Shown one piece after another: positions 13,900-28,437 of a DNA stretch of 64,000 bases (position 1 is the stretch's first letter; each line of letters starts with the position of its first letter). The DNA lies in contig OZ024740.1 in the NCBI GenBank assembly GCA_964016885.1, positions 95,728,001 to 95,792,000 of the forward strand. The letters run 5' to 3'. The notes under the pieces are model-generated. The model had not been told where the DNA came from. It was given only the letters and a program-made list of their open reading frames with translations, and made no database searches. The stretch is from Eledone cirrhosa (taxonomy: Eukaryota). Position numbers and translations under genes: made by a program.

Positions 13900-14660
13900 G
13901 AAATCCACTCAAATATAATCGGTGGAACCTTCTGTGATCAGGGAACGTGAAACCACCTGCGAGACATGGGACCGGCTGGGACGTAGCCCAGTAGATATCC
14001 CTCCATCTTTCTTCCCCTGCTGACATCAAGTCCCCACAAATCATCATGGATGCCATTCAGTGCAGCTTGTATCAGACACCTTGCCTGCTTTCGCGTGGCT
14101 TCCAAACCTCACAGCGCTGCAAGGCTCCATGCCTTACGCTTATTTTCCACTGAAACGCAGCTGGACAACATTAGCCTGCACATCAGCTTTTACCTGACGT
14201 TTGGCCTCTGGATCTGCGAGCTACATAAATGTCGCTGCAGATCTACCGTGGATTATTTCGCTCTCCACCCGCTTTCCTGTCGCTACAGTGCCGACCGCCT
14301 TCCACGCCATGCTTCCCTCAACTAGGTCATAGAGCATGGCTTGGATGCTACAGACTTCCCTCGTAGCTTGGAGCTGGTGGTGCTGGACCAATGGACGGCA
14401 AAATGACTATCTTCCCGTTTCGCAGTGGAAAAAACACTTCGTCTGCGATGCCACTTGCAGCGACACGCTCTCTAACAGGTTAGCGGTCATACCCTTGGCA
14501 GTGGAGACCTCTCGTGTCCTTGGCTCTAGTGGCACTCCCTACTCACTCCAGTAGGCTCTGAGCTGCCCAGCAGCATGTGTGACCCTCGTGAAATGGAATG
14601 GCTCTTCTAGCGCATCTCACTTACCATCCTCCGGGGAAATACCTTCTCCATTCTGTCCGC
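13900..14660 (+). mobile_element. CRE-type non-LTR retrotransposon 3' fragment (zinc knuckle plus restriction-like endonuclease)
   Basis: HKCRC...HPLSC...RHASLN, DATCSDTL and IPLAVET motifs in ORFs 14050..14325 and 14336..14554. Confidence 0.8.
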
Positions 14661-15269
14661 CGGTGCTGTGAGGCGGCCACAACGTGGGACCCCATTTTCT
14701 TAAAATACAGAGGGATGGGGAGGGTGAGAGATACGGAGGTGATGGAAGTGGGAGTTTGGTGTTGTTTCTGTGTTCGGACACATTGCACCTGTCATGTGGA
14801 TCATGTGATCATTTCATTTTACGTGCTTGACATCGATACTTTACAAAGTAAATTAAATCACGAAATGAAAAAAGGATGGGCTGTCTTAAACACCAGATCC
14901 ATAGCTGTGCAAATCTGTACTTATTATATATCTCCTATATTCAGAATATGAAACGCCGTGGCCATAACCATTTTTCAAAATATTGCTTTGGAAATAATTC
15001 TGGGTCTATGGAAAGTACCAGATTGAGGATTGGCACAAAAATCATTGCAGTATTGCTAGACAAAACTAGGGTAGTCATACAGCATCATCATTGGCCAGGG
15101 ATGCAAGTGTTACTTTTAGGCTTTAGGAAGCTGGTTGTGTTCGACAATTATATTACAATCTCCAGCTTGAGCTGTACGACAAAAGAGATAGCCCTCCAAA
15201 ATCATCCTGGTAAGCATGAAATGGAAGCACAGACCTGGTGTATACTGAGAATCCAAAGAAAGTTCGGAA

Positions 15270-17090
15270 GGGAGCAAACTGTATACATCGGATCATGAAA
15301 CATCACGAGAATTACAGATAAGGAGCAGAAACTAGCGGAGAAGGCTGATTGCTAGCGGCTCGATACAATCGCGGTTTCCTGAACTAATATCCGACGCTCT
15401 GGTAGGGTAGGTTAGTATGGAGGATGTAAAATACTCTATTCCGGTGGTGAGCAATAAATTACCTCACAGGGAGAGTGGGCATACTCACAATTCTGCCGTC
15501 TGTGAGAATGTATTATTGACTGAATACCAAATGGAGGTACGATTTGCAATTTAAGCTTAGGCTAAAAGATATGTCTCTGTGTATTTTGCAAGTGTATTCA
15601 CTAAACAAGCAGTCTGAATGCAGATCCTTCCTTGATGAAGTCACTGCAGCGTTTAATGTATTTAGGATTGAGTCATATATCTTAACGGGAGACGTCAATA
15701 CACATGGTACTATTCACCACATTACATAGAAAGAACTGGCTGGCAGAATCTGCGATTCCTATCTAAATAAGAATGGTGATACCTTCTTAGTCTTCTGTAA
15801 TGGTATCTATAATGAACATCTTCCAGAACAAAGACATTCATAAATATACATGGTATAAGGAAAATCTCGGACAGAAAACAGTAATTGATATTGATTTGTA
15901 TCTGTTCCCTTCGATTCTATGTTGCATGTTCGTTTTAAGAGAAGGACTGAGCTGTCAATTGAATACCATCTAGTTAACAACAACTTGAGACGACCTAAAC
16001 CGAATAAAACCCAGAATATTAGTGGATGTGGAATTCAGGACCACCTATGCAGTTACAATTGCATCCAAACTCTGAACTCCTTGAGTTAACAGAGGACATT
16101 GAAATGGAGGCAAGAGGACCCCTCATTTCAATCGAGATTTGAATGTCACACCCACCGAAGATAGGGGTGCAATAAAGGTTGTCATATAAATAGGTTCTCC
16201 TCCTTATATTTGAGGCGCGAAAATATCCGATAGAGAAACGCAGTCCATATCTAAGACAGGACTTTGGAGTTAAGCTTCAATCCGACTTTATATAAGCAAA
16301 AAATTGGTTTAAAAGGCTATACATCGATTCCGGAATAAGAAGTGCTCATCCAAGTTTCCAATCAAAAATGCTTCTGTTGCTCTCTTTTCAGAGTAATTCA
16401 TCCTCGCGTGTTGGGGAGTATATTTTCCGGATATTTTAAACGCGGTTGCAACAGGATATTCTGATGTATTCGGTGTTTATGTGGGAGCGATTAATTGTCC
16501 CTCGGGGGCTGAGGCACCAAGAGCAGTGAAAGAGCTAAACCGTTGCAAGCTTGCCGGCGATATTATAAGCCTTCAATAGTAAAGGTATTATTTGAATTTA
16601 TTATGTGTGTCATGTGGATTGGATCACTGGAAAGGCCCGCAATCAATTGGAATCCGAAATCATGTTCTAAATTTACAAAAGTGTAGTGGAAATATGTTGT
16701 TAAGACTCGTGGTAAAGATAATGCTAAATTCCTTGCAAAGACATTTTGGGAGATCGTCGAATCCATGCTAGATGATGCACAGTGTGACTTTTATACTGGA
16801 TGCAGCACAGTAGACCAGACACTGTCCCTGTGAACAGGTATTTCAGAAATCGTGGGAGTACATACATGATAAATTTTCTTCCTTGCTAGAACTTGAAAAG
16901 GCATTCGACTGCGTTTCCCGGGACCGATAGGGAAGAGTTCTGCATGAATATGGGATCGATGGACAATTTCCTGTTATTTTAGTATTTGTGTTTGGATAAA
17001 CATTGCTAAATCTAAACCGTTCAAAACGGTTGTCATATTCCGCCATGCTTACTCTCCTGTTCACTATCTTCATTATTTTGATTGAATTGT
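15270..17090 (+). mobile_element. Decayed RTE/RTE-X-like LINE (APE endonuclease and RT)
   Basis: IGS*NIT...KEQKL (APE start), ILQVYS...ILTGDVN, KYTWY and LELEKAFDCVSR by hand translation. Confidence 0.7.
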
Positions 17091-17409
17091 CCAGCCTAGT
17101 TGTTGAAATCACAACTGAGGTGAGTGGGATCAGTCCACTGGCACACCCAGAAGCAATGGTAGGATTTAACACCTCCGTGATGCACTTAATCGGTTTGATG
17201 CTGGGTGCTGCAAGGCTGGAATGTATATCAGTGCTGCGAAGCCTGCTATTCCCGTTTTTTCAGGGAATCTCCTCATCGTACTATACAAATGAGTGTAGTT
17301 CCACAGTAACACGTGGAGAAGTTCCAGAGTTTAGGCCTCCTGATCTGTAGAGATGGAAGTCAGGAAGCTGATTCAAGAGCAATAATGGCAGAAGCAACGG
17401 AATCCAGGT

Positions 17410-18760
17410 ACCAACGATGATATGATAAAGGAAATAGACACTAAAGAGGGATACAGGTATTTGTGTGTTCTGAAGGCAGATGACATCAAGAACAATAAAA
17501 TGAAGGAGCTGATGATTTTTGAATGCATAAGGAGAGTAAGAAACATACTAAAAGCACATATAAATAGTAGAATTGTAAATTCCCGAGTTGTCTTTGATGA
17601 GGTACAGTGCGTCAATTCTCAAATGTAATGGTTCTTGAAGGAAAAAAATGTATATTAAGACGAGGAAGCTAAAGACTACCTACTGCATATTCCACAAGAA
17701 GATTGATCTTGATAGATTCTACTTTTAGAGATCTGAAATTGGTTGTATCAGCGTAGAGGACTGTGTTCTGGTGGAGATGAGGGGTCAAGGAAAGATGTGT
17801 CTAAGAGTAAGGAGCCGATTATCAAAGTTCTATTGAAGAAGGAGACACTAGACGAGGGGTGTCCAAGAGAGAAGTAACAACAAAGGGTAAGAGAATCCTT
17901 CATGAATAAGCCCTTCGTAGCAACATATTTTAAGAACACTGAATTCACACATACACATACATGGAGCTAGTTAAGAAGAGGAGACCTTGAAACAGTTACA
18001 GAGGGAATGCTAATGGCTGCACAGGATGAAGCCCTCAAAATGAGGTGGCGGAAACACAATATTGAGATTAGCCCACTCTGTAGTATCTGTGGGGAGGGAG
18101 AGAGAGAGAGAGTGAGCGAGTGTGTGAAAGAAAGAGAGAGATAGAGTGAGAGAAAGAGAAAGAGAAAATGCCCATACTACCGACAGAGGCTGGGGGCATG
18201 ACATATAAGGAAATGTGATTAACTGGCATTTATGCAAACTTAATGATTTACCACATTGATAGAAAATGATCGAGTCAAGATTCTATGGGATTTCAGGATA
18301 CAGACAGACGAGAAATTATAATACAATATGCCTGATCTGGTGGTTTATCACAAGGGAAAACGATCGTGCCTGATTGTAGATGTAGCCTGCCCCTTTGACA
18401 CAATAATGCAATAAAAAGAAGAAAATTAACCGATACTAAGATTTAAATTGGGAATTAAAAAGGATTCACGACTGTCATGAGATCAAGGTTGTGCCGATTG
18501 TCATAGGCGCACTACGTACTATGTCGAAGAGTTTTCAAGGATGGTGAAAGAACATTAGTGGAGCCCCTTTATTCGAAAACTTCAAAAGGCTTGCTTGCTG
18601 GGAGGAGCAAGAAACCTTCAATACGCCCTGAATATCTGAGGCTGCAGGTAGCGGCCTCTTTTTCATTTAAACAAACTATTCCGTTAAATAACATTAATGA
18701 AAGACCCACAAGAAAATAATGATAATAATATCAGTAATAATATGAATAGTAATACGAATG
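17410..18760 (+). mobile_element. Dong/R4-like non-LTR retrotransposon 3' fragment with (TAA)-rich tail
   Basis: GYRYL, LMAAQDEAL, KILWDFRIQTD, PDLVV, DVACPFD, VVPIVIGAL and LQKACLLG motifs. Confidence 0.85.
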
Positions 18761-19307
18761 ACTTAAACATATATAGAACACATGATAGTAACAATCAGAA
18801 GGAAGAAAATGCATTTCTCATAATTATTTTATTCTATACTCTTATAAATCGATTTTTGAATACTTAGTTTTTTTTCATTTTAATCATTTTTTGCTTCTAA
18901 TTTTGTTGTTATGATATTTTCATAACTGATAGTTAGTGCGTTGGAGATGTTGATGATGCAGCAAGAAAACTTTATTTAAATCTCAGCAAATCATTTTCTT
19001 ACTTTTTATTTCTTCCTTCCTATCTTCGTAGATAATTAATTCATGTCGACTTCACAAGAGCAATAATTGTTCTCTGTAAAATTTACAGATATGTTTGGCC
19101 AGATCTATTCTCAGCATGTCAAGAACAGAAATTGTTTGACAGAAAGCAATTTCACATATCATTCATATAATGAGAAGGTGAAATAGAAATTTTATCTTTC
19201 AATATCGTAAAATTTCGTTCCTATCTTTCTTAGTCAGTATCAGGTGGAAAAATGAAACTATATAATTTGGAAAAAAAAAATTGACAAAATGTTTCTATTC
19301 TTCAAAG

Positions 19308-19389
<82 letters not shown>

Positions 19390-19781
19390 TATCTTGGTAA
19401 TAGAAAAAAAAATCAATGCTATTTAAATTAATAAAGGGAAAAATAATCCATCATAAACATATAATTGATATCAAAATAGGCCTTAAGTGATCTATTTTGC
19501 AGATTAATGATCATGGAATGGAGTAAGATTCTATTTTTTCTCCATTTCTAATGTAAATTAATTACAAATACACGGATAAAAAAAAGAACATGATTTTTGT
19601 TTCTTTATGCCATAAGAAACAGAATATTACTTGGAAAATGAATTTACCGAGTCGAAATTCATATTTATTTCTAAAATAGATTATGCAATGGCAATAATTG
19701 AAAGTATTCACACAGTATAAGAAAAAATGCATACACACAAACAGACACATATATATGTATATATGCATATCTATGTGTAAG

Positions 19782-19865
<84 letters not shown>

Positions 19866-19868
<3 letters not shown>

Positions 19869-21637
19869 TAAAAAATAGAGTAAGAAGCCAGGACTATCCG
19901 TCATAAGTTATCTTCTGGCCATTATAGGTATTGCTTCGCATTAAAGATCATACACCTCAAGCAAGCGCGAGCAATAATAAATAAAGTTATTGCGATAAAA
20001 AGAATTGTGGGGAGAAAGAGAGACATGAAAACAAACAAGAATGGTAAAGCAACATAGAGGGTGAAACATTAAGTCAGTGATACAAAGATCCCTGATGACG
20101 GATAGTCCTTATTCTATTTTTAATTCATATGTATCACATCCGTATTAACGCCCTACGCCATTTTCATCCTTATATTTTTCCCCTCGCTGTGACCTGTCCC
20201 TTTCTCTTCCCTTACTGCTATCATATTTCTCTCTCCTCCTTCTCTATCCTTGTACATCTTACTTTCATTCACCCGCTCTGCTAGTCACCCTCTCTCGGCT
20301 AGCCTCTTCATCACACTTTCACTCACTCACTCTCTGCTACTCACCCTCTTTCACTCCCACCCGTCTGACCCGTGTGAGATTCTTTTCTCGCTCATTTCGC
20401 ATGGCTTGGATACGTCTTTTGTCTTCTCGGCAATGATGCGCCAGATCTTATGTTCACTTTATCACTGACTTAACTTTTCCCCCTTTACGTTGCCTTACCA
20501 TTCTTGTTTGTTTACATGTCTCTCTTTCTCTACCCAACTCGTTTTATCCCAATAACTTTATTTAGTTACTAGCAGTAAAGCCCGGCGTTGCTCGGGGTCG
20601 CTCAGTAGCTGTGTTAAAGTTACAATGTTAAGTTTCTTTCTTGGCTTAAAAACTGTAGTGTCTACTGTGCAGACTTGCATGTGGTGTTTTTGATTAATAT
20701 TCCCTCAACCAACAATATGCCTTATGAAGTTAAGAAAACATAACGATAACCCGAATGTTATAACAAAAGAGGATGCTGGGGATAGAAACTGCACTGGTTA
20801 TTTATTAACAAAGATCGAAAATGTAAACACTGCAACGCAGAGAAAAACATTAGCGTAGCCAAATTATCAGTTATGTCTGTCTGCACGCCTATATCACCTC
20901 TCTGCACGACTGTCTGTCTGCGCGCCTATATCACCTCTCTGCACGACTGTCTGTCTGCACGCCTATATCACCTCTCTGCACGACTGTCTATCTGCACGAC
21001 TGTCTGTCTGCACGCCTAACGACGAAATATTTGCTTGTTTTACGTAGTCTTTAAATAGACTTGTTTTCAAGTAAAAATATTGTTTCAAAATGCTTTTAAA
21101 TGGAAATGAAGAAAAACGGAAGCTTAGTGTTCGAACTGATGAATTTTGCAGGTCAATATTTTGCTGGCTCGACAACTGTTCGTGTATTGTGTTAATGTCA
21201 TTTTAAACGCTGAGAAGGCCAGCGTAATTTTTTACGTAAGACGCTCAATGTAAACAGAACAAAGGGAAATAACTGATAACTTACGCTCAAAAATCGATAC
21301 ATTATATTCGATTTCGTCACATAGGGTGGGTCAATTTGAAATATTTCTTTTTCCGATGTCTTCGCTAGGGCTCAATGTACAAGTATAGCAATTTCGGTGC
21401 AATTCCGTCAGAGATTCTAAGAGGAGATGTGTGCCAAAAATCGATAGACAGACAGACAACCACAGTTTTATATATATAGATTGCTCGCGCTGGCCTGAGT
21501 TATATGATCTTTAATGCGAAGAAATACCTATGTTGGCCACAAGATCACTGATGCCGGATAGTCCTGGCTTCTTACTCTATTTTTAATTCATATGTATCAC
21601 ATGCGCAACAACGCAGAACACCATTTTCATCCCTATA
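19866..21637 (+). mobile_element. ORF-less element with inverted head and terminal direct repeat, interrupted by a Helitron
   Basis: 19866..20050 is inverted at ~20495..20568 plus 21481..21590. 20085..20175 is repeated directly at 21541..21635. (TA)n on both sides. Confidence 0.7.
20569..21480 (-). mobile_element. Non-autonomous Helitron (912 bp)
   Basis: Minus strand begins TC and ends with a CCCGAGCAACGCCGGG hairpin plus CTAG. Inserted between A and T, no TSD. Internal ~37 bp tandem repeat at 20875..21018. Confidence 0.9.
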
Positions 21638-21651
21638 TATATATACAGTGA

Positions 21652-21865
21652 AGGCGTGTGGCTGAGTGGTTAGAGAATTGGATTCGCAATCGTAAGGTTG
21701 TGAGTTCGATTCCTGGACCAGGCGATGCGTTATGTCCTTGAGCAAGACACTTTATTTCACGTTGCTCCTTCTACCTGGAGTTGCGACCGATAGATAGTAT
21801 TAGCAATTGGAAAGACCAATGGAAACATTGTTTCCTCGGTCCGATTTGACGAAAGTCGATCGATT
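21652..21865 (+). mobile_element. tRNA-derived SINE (family 1)
   Basis: A box TGGCTGAGTGG, B box GAGTTCGATTCC, followed by a TGTCCTTGAGCAAGACACT core. Confidence 0.85.
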
Positions 21866-21880
21866 AAAATATATATATAT

Positions 21881-21882
<2 letters not shown>

Positions 21883-21934
<52 letters not shown>

Positions 21935-22025
21935 GGAGAGAGATATATATAGAGAGAGAGAGCGAGAGAGAGAGGGACAGAGAGGGAGAGAGCGAGAGCG
22001 AGAGAGAGAGAGAGAGAGAGAGAGA
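21883..22025. repeat. (AG)n microsatellite (others at 31812..32000 and 32879..32953)
   Basis: Direct reading. Confidence 0.98.
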
Positions 22026-22084
22026 AAATGTGAAGCTAGAAATAGCACGGAAAATATATTTAGATAACATTATTGAAACATTGA

Positions 22085-22270
22085 CAAACGGTGGATTGGC
22101 AGTATCGGTAGAGGGTCGGACGCCATGCTTTCCAGCATAGTTACGTCCCTTTACGATCTGAGTTCAAATCCCGCCGAGGTTGACTTTGCCTTTCATCCTT
22201 ACGGGGTCGATAAAATAAAGTACTAGTAATGCTCTGGGTAATTGCTGGCCTTGTGCCTAAAGCAGAAACA
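22085..22270 (+). mobile_element. tRNA-derived SINE (family 2) with 16 bp TSD
   Basis: B box GAGTTCAAATCC and conserved GCCTTTCATCCTTACGGGGTCGATAAAAT core; TSD ATTATTGAAACATTGA at 22069..22084 and 22271..22286. Confidence 0.92.
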
Positions 22271-22399
22271 ATTATTGAAACATTGAGAGGGACAATTATT
22301 TTTAAAAAGAAGGTTTATAATATATATAATGTATTTGAAGAATTACCCGTTTCTATGTATTATTAAAATTCATCCCATCAAATGTTGAGTGGAAACAAT

Positions 22400-25200
22400 T
22401 AAAAAAGTTAATAGATGTTAAAAACTAAAGGTTTAATTTTAAATAAAATGTTTGGACTAAAGTTTCTTCCAAAACAAGATAGAACTAACCTACAATACAA
22501 ACACCATTCACTCCAGAAGAAATCAACACTGACCACAGGAAATCCCAACTAAACTTCCCCACATTAAAAACTACAACAGGTCGCACCCCCAATACTACAA
22601 AACACAACCCCACAACATCAACACTATGCATCCCAAAAGGAACCCACCCAGACTACATGAACCCACAACAGAACCCTTACACAATAACAACTACAACAGA
22701 TACCACTCTCATCAGCACATCAACTCTCATGTAAAAACAAATTACAGACCAATACAAAACAGACACGCAGACTAAAATTACAACCAAAACAACATTCCTT
22801 TTTTAGGAACAAGACTGAAATACCAGGACACACGATGGCCCCCACTCATGAGAAGCCGAAGATAATTAACCTTTCAAATATATCACTAACTAACACACAA
22901 ATTAATATATTAAGTAAGGGACTGAAATATACACCCACACCATAAACTCTAACTGCCCCGAAATGAAAGATGAAATAATGGAATTCTGCCGAAAACCCAG
23001 ACTAATATAATACATCTCCAATGGCACCAACACTGAAGACGAATCAATAGCCAGAAACTAAATTAAGTTCTGCCCACGAAAAGGGAAGAATAAAACAGTG
23101 GACATCTACTGCGAAAGCACCATCACCTTTTGAACAAATCACAAATAAACACAGGAAATAGAACCTCTCCAAACGGAAATGGAAGGAATTATTCATACTG
23201 CGTAACAACACTTATATAACCATGAACGAAGCTGGTAAAGGGAGCATTGTGGTCATTATGGACACTGACTACTATAGAAATATGTCACTTAAAATCTGAC
23301 ACAACAAATAATATGGAAAAAAACTGCAAACTACAAACAAATTAAAACAATGGGGAACCTCCTTGCATTACTACAAAAATACCGCAGTAGCCTAACCACA
23401 AAATATTTGAATACATATGCCATTTCAAATGTAATACAAGTGCTTTCTACGGCTTACCAAAGATACATAAATGTAAACTCATAAGCAATGCCTGCGACAG
23501 TTCGGCTAACAAATACATACAATTAATACCACCAGAAGACTTAAAACTCAGACCAATTATAGCAGGCCCTGCATGTTCCTGGACATCCTACTAAAGCCCT
23601 TACTAAACCATATACAGAGCTACATACGGGATGACCTGGATATGCTGAACCACATATCCAAAACAGTAAGTGAAAACAATATTCTTATCTCTTTTGACGT
23701 AGTAAACATCAACACTAACATACCCCATATCTATGGAATAACAGCAATCCAGTTTTGGTTAGACACTCACCAATCTGAAATACCAACATCCATCAACAAA
23801 AACTTCATTATTGATGGGCTGCGATTTATCTTACAGAATAATTTATTTAATTTCAATGCCTCAACATACCGTCAAATCTCAGGAACTGCAATGGGCACAA
23901 AGGGATTCCACAAACAACAAATCTACAATCAATCCATTCTATTCTTCGGAGACTCTTTCCTTACACATCTCAAAAATATTTGGAAGAGATACATAGACGA
24001 TTGCTTCATACTATGGTAGCAAGACATAAATACACTAACTCTTTTCAAAAATATGATCAACAACATTAACTATAATATAAAATTCACAATGGAATGTAAC
24101 TCCACTGAATTAGCCTTCTTGGATATTCTCATTCTAAAAACAGATGGGAAAATAGAAACAGACATGTTTTACAAACCGACGGACTCCAAACAGTACCTCC
24201 TACTCACATCAAATGATCCAAAACATACAAAACGTAACATGTATTTCAATTTAGCCAAACGTATATGCACCAAAGTATCAGACCCAGCTAAACGGGACGA
24301 AAGACTAAATGAACTCAAAGACACACTTACCTTAAGCGCCTTCCCACTTGACATAATTAATAACGGAATAGACAAAGCAAAACACGCAAATGTTCATCAA
24401 CCCAACATCCCAAAGCACAGAACCACAAACAATACCTTACCATATGTATCCACGTTCAACCTCAGAAACACGCAAATGTTCGACCTCCTACACAAAAACC
24501 TTCCCGTTCTATTTAAAGATGAATAAAGGAAACACATTCTAGAAACACACAAGATCATCAAAAGCAAAAGGCAACCAAAATCAGTAATACACATTCTCAC
24601 TGGAACAAAGATACACAAACTTATCTCCAACCTTACGGTAACAAAATGCGGGAGAACAAGCTGTGGAACACGCCTATACTTAACGGAAGGACATAAATTC
24701 ACGTTTAAAGATGGCCAAACTTTCACAGTGAAAAACAAGTTCACTTGCAACTCGAAGAACCTGATATATGCAATCACATGCGGTGACTGTCGACATACTT
24801 ATATAAGATTGACGAGGGTGTCATTACGCAAAATAATGACCATCCATCCCCAACAAAACCGAGACATAAACATAAAGAAAACCCCCTTAAGTAGCCACTT
24901 TGCAGATTGTGAAGGAATGACTCTACCCAACTTTAAAATCTTCCCCCTTTACAAGTGCTCCTATTCTTTCAATCAACAACAGAAAATATATAAGGAAAAT
25001 CTATTCACATTTAAACCAAAACTAAATATGTAATCACCTTTGTTAGACCCTCCCCACGCCCAACCCCCCTCACACACCACAAAGTAATTTTTAGTTTTGA
25101 ACAAATTTTTGATTTTTTTGGAAAAAACATTTAATTTCGCACCACAAAGGGATCTGTAACAAACCGGCTGAAAACACCCACACACCACAACCCCCTTCCC
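22400..25200 (+). mobile_element. Near full-length decayed PLE (Neptune-like)
   Basis: KIINLS..ILSKGLKYTPTP, FYGLPKIHK, RPIIAG, SFDVVNINTNIP, GTAMGT, WKRYIDDCF, FLDILI, CGRTSCGT linker and NLIYAITC..C..TYI endonuclease; frameshifted. Confidence 0.9.
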
Positions 25201-25251
25201 GCCCACACATATATGTGGACAGTTTTATTTATATATATATATATATATATT

Positions 25252-25338
<87 letters not shown>

Positions 25339-25363
25339 ATATATAAATATATATATATATATA

Positions 25364-26500
25364 TTTCGTTTCTGAATTTGTTTAGCAATATTCTTTACCT
25401 GAAAACGTGTGTTGAAACCGATATTGTTATGCTTTGGGAGAGTGATGTTGCCAATCAGAAACACACGCACCAGTAGTTTTCACTTCAATTTATTATAAAT
25501 TAAATTTATAAATTTATAAATTTGCGGTTGGTTGGTTGGTTGGTTCCACAACTAAGCGATTGTTCATATATTGTCAAAGTTATTTTGTCACACATTATGT
25601 GACCTCTTCAGTGACCGGGGATACTTTTCTTTGTGTTTGTGCCTCTCCTTTATTCTGTCCTACGCCATCTTGTTTTTGTGTGTGTTGTGTGCTTAGTGTG
25701 CGCATGTGTTACATCCGGGTGTCTGTGTCTGTTTATATTTGTTTATTTATTTGTTTATTTAGATATTACTGGTTGGTTGTTTGTTCTATGTGTATGTGTG
25801 TTTTCATTTTGTCCTTAATTGTAAGATGTGGTGTTGCTGTTCCATTAATGTTTTCTATTTAATTTTGGTAGGAGTTCATTTATGTTTATTGCATCTGTGA
25901 TTTGTCTAAACATTGCGTCTTTTTCTGTGTGTAGAATATATTTTTATTTCTATGTTATCTAATTTTACCTTATGTTCTATTTTAGCATGTTGGTGGAGTA
26001 CAGATCATTCTTTACTATATTGAAGCTCTCGCCAGTTTTCATTTACCCGTACCACTATACTACGAGCTGTCTCACCTATCTACACTATATTCTTATCACT
26101 ACATTGTACTTCAGTACATCTTATGCTATATACTACATTTCTAGATTTACAGTTAATATGGGGGATTAGTTTACAGATTATAGATTTCTTATCTATACAG
26201 CGAGGTCTTTGAAAAGGGTATGTATTGCTAATAAGTGTTTTTATGGAGGTACCTGGTCTTTCTACTATCTTAATATTGAGTTTATGTTTATTAGGGCCGT
26301 TCTAAATGTGTAAGCTAATTCACCTCTAGGGTTTGTATCGATGAACATTACAGTATGGTATTTATGGCTATCATACCATGAGTTTATTATATTAACCTTA
26401 CTCCTAGTTCTTTCTATTCTATTCCAAAATGTGCTCCTATACAAGGGACAGGTCCATTTGTATCATTATTTACCATGTCTTCCAATTTGGTTCTGTGTCC
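25364..26500 (-). mobile_element. PLE group A 3' fragment with pLTR and decayed HHR at 25573..25615
   Basis: Reverse-complement homolog of 40850..42003; (TA)n on both sides. Confidence 0.9.
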
Positions 26501-26531
26501 TCTATATATATATATGTATATATATATATAT

Positions 26532-26650
<119 letters not shown>

Positions 26651-26905
26651 CACAAGATAAGAGGAATACATCATTCATTGCAGTAGTTGCTGCGACTGAT
26701 ACTCTGCTTTTTTATCGAATTAAAAAAAAACATATATTATTTAAAAACATATATTATTTAAAGAATCCTTTGGACATTAGTTTTTAATTTTCTGAATATT
26801 GAAGAATAAATGTTCCTTCATTTCCCACCTGAAAGGGATATGAGACTGAAAAACACACACTACATGCCACCCCCACCACAAACATAAATTTGTGTCTTTC
26901 TAATG

Positions 26906-27532
26906 CAACGGTTCCCACTTTTTATAATACATTCCACCTTAATGATATCGCAAAACAGTATGGCCCCCCCAAAAAATTAAAATGTTTGATATAATATTTT
27001 TATATAAAAATAATTTCGGCATGTATTTTTATTTCAATCAAAACATCTTAAATGTATTATAAACGCTTGTTCAACAAAAAACATTAAAATAATAATATAT
27101 TATTTAATTTCAAAGAACAAATTAATGAGATTTCTGCAATTATTTGTTTTCTATATTCAGTTTTAAATGATAAATTTACTAAAATAAATAATGAACAGTA
27201 CCTCAAAATAGTCAAAGTAATTGTGTCAATGAGAAGCTTACTAAAATAAATAATATATATCCTGTTATAAATATAAGTTTCTTTACTAAGTTTATTTACT
27301 AAAACATAAATTGTTATATCCAGATTTAAATAATTATCAAGTGAAGTAAAATCATAATTCGAAAAGGTAGAAAGTTGATAAAAAGTTGAATATAAAAATG
27401 TGAAGCATGAAAAAGAAAAAAGAATATGTTGGGAAAGTACTCTTCTTTTTTATGTATGAACTTTTGTTATTTTTAGTCAATTCCCGTGGCTCCCCCAATA
27501 ACTGGCTATGGCCCCCTGGTTGGGAACCAATG
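26906..27532. mobile_element. Non-autonomous hAT (Charlie-like) DNA transposon
   Basis: TIRs CAACGGTTCCCA / TGGGAACCAATG; 8 bp TSD TTCTAATG / TTCTAAAG. Confidence 0.8.
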
Positions 27533-27864
27533 TTCTAAAGGGACTGTGACAGACAGACTGAAACACACACAGACACACACACACACACATATGTGTGTAA
27601 TGTTATATATACACCCACACCCTCTCTTTCTATATATATGTATGCATACACTACCTAAAACTATATTCCAATAATATAATTTCTCATACAATCCTCCTGC
27701 TACTTCTACAGAACTCACCCCTAACTTACAATCCCCTATCCCCTTTTTAACTATTGACCACTCAACACAATACAAACACAGGATTTTTTTCAAAACACAA
27801 CTTTCCTCTGTGAAGAAAAACAAGTACTACTACCTTCTCTTACCACCCAACTTTTTAGCAAGAG

Positions 27865-28165
27865 AGATGGAAGAACATTTACGCCAAACATTTGATTTTA
27901 ATTTCAAACATTAGATTTTAACTCCGTAATTCTTTTTAATTTTCTACACTCAACATTTGATAAGATGTATTTTAATAATACATCGAAACCGCTAAATCTT
28001 CATATACTTTATATAAATTATGAAACTTTTTTTAAAGAATTGCTCCTCTCATTTTTTCAATAATGTTATCTGTTCAATAATGTCAGTTTGACGAATCAAA
28101 AAAAAAGAAAAGACAGACCCTTAAATATATTTTCCGTGCTATTTCCAACTTCACCTTTTCTCTAT
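27865..28165 (-). repeat. Inverted, diverged copy of 22021..22470 (5' region of the Neptune-like PLE) lacking the SINE
   Basis: For example AAATATATTTTCCGTGCTATTTC at ~28123 versus GAAATAGCACGGAAAATATATTT at ~22039. Confidence 0.75.
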
Positions 28166-28210
28166 ATCCCCTGTTTTGTATAGAATCCTTAATTCATTTT
28201 TCTAATGTTT

Positions 28211-28261
<51 letters not shown>

Positions 28262-28437
28262 TTATTTATTAAAATAACAGATTAAAGTTTAAGCAAATAA
28301 TCGCTGCTTTCACCCTTAACGGGATCTTCTGAAACTAACAAAGTCAATACGTAAACGCAGAACGGTTCTTATATATTTGATATATATTTATCCTTATCGA
28401 GCCCTCTTTGGATTTTAGTCTTCAAATTTATTATTAT

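Noticed and set aside
20875-21018. Repeat array that might be CRISPR-like
   Set aside because: Head-to-tail minisatellite without unique spacers, inside a eukaryotic Helitron.
21652-21722. tRNA gene
   Set aside because: A and B boxes are present but there is no clean cloverleaf or poly-T terminator, and it continues into a SINE body.
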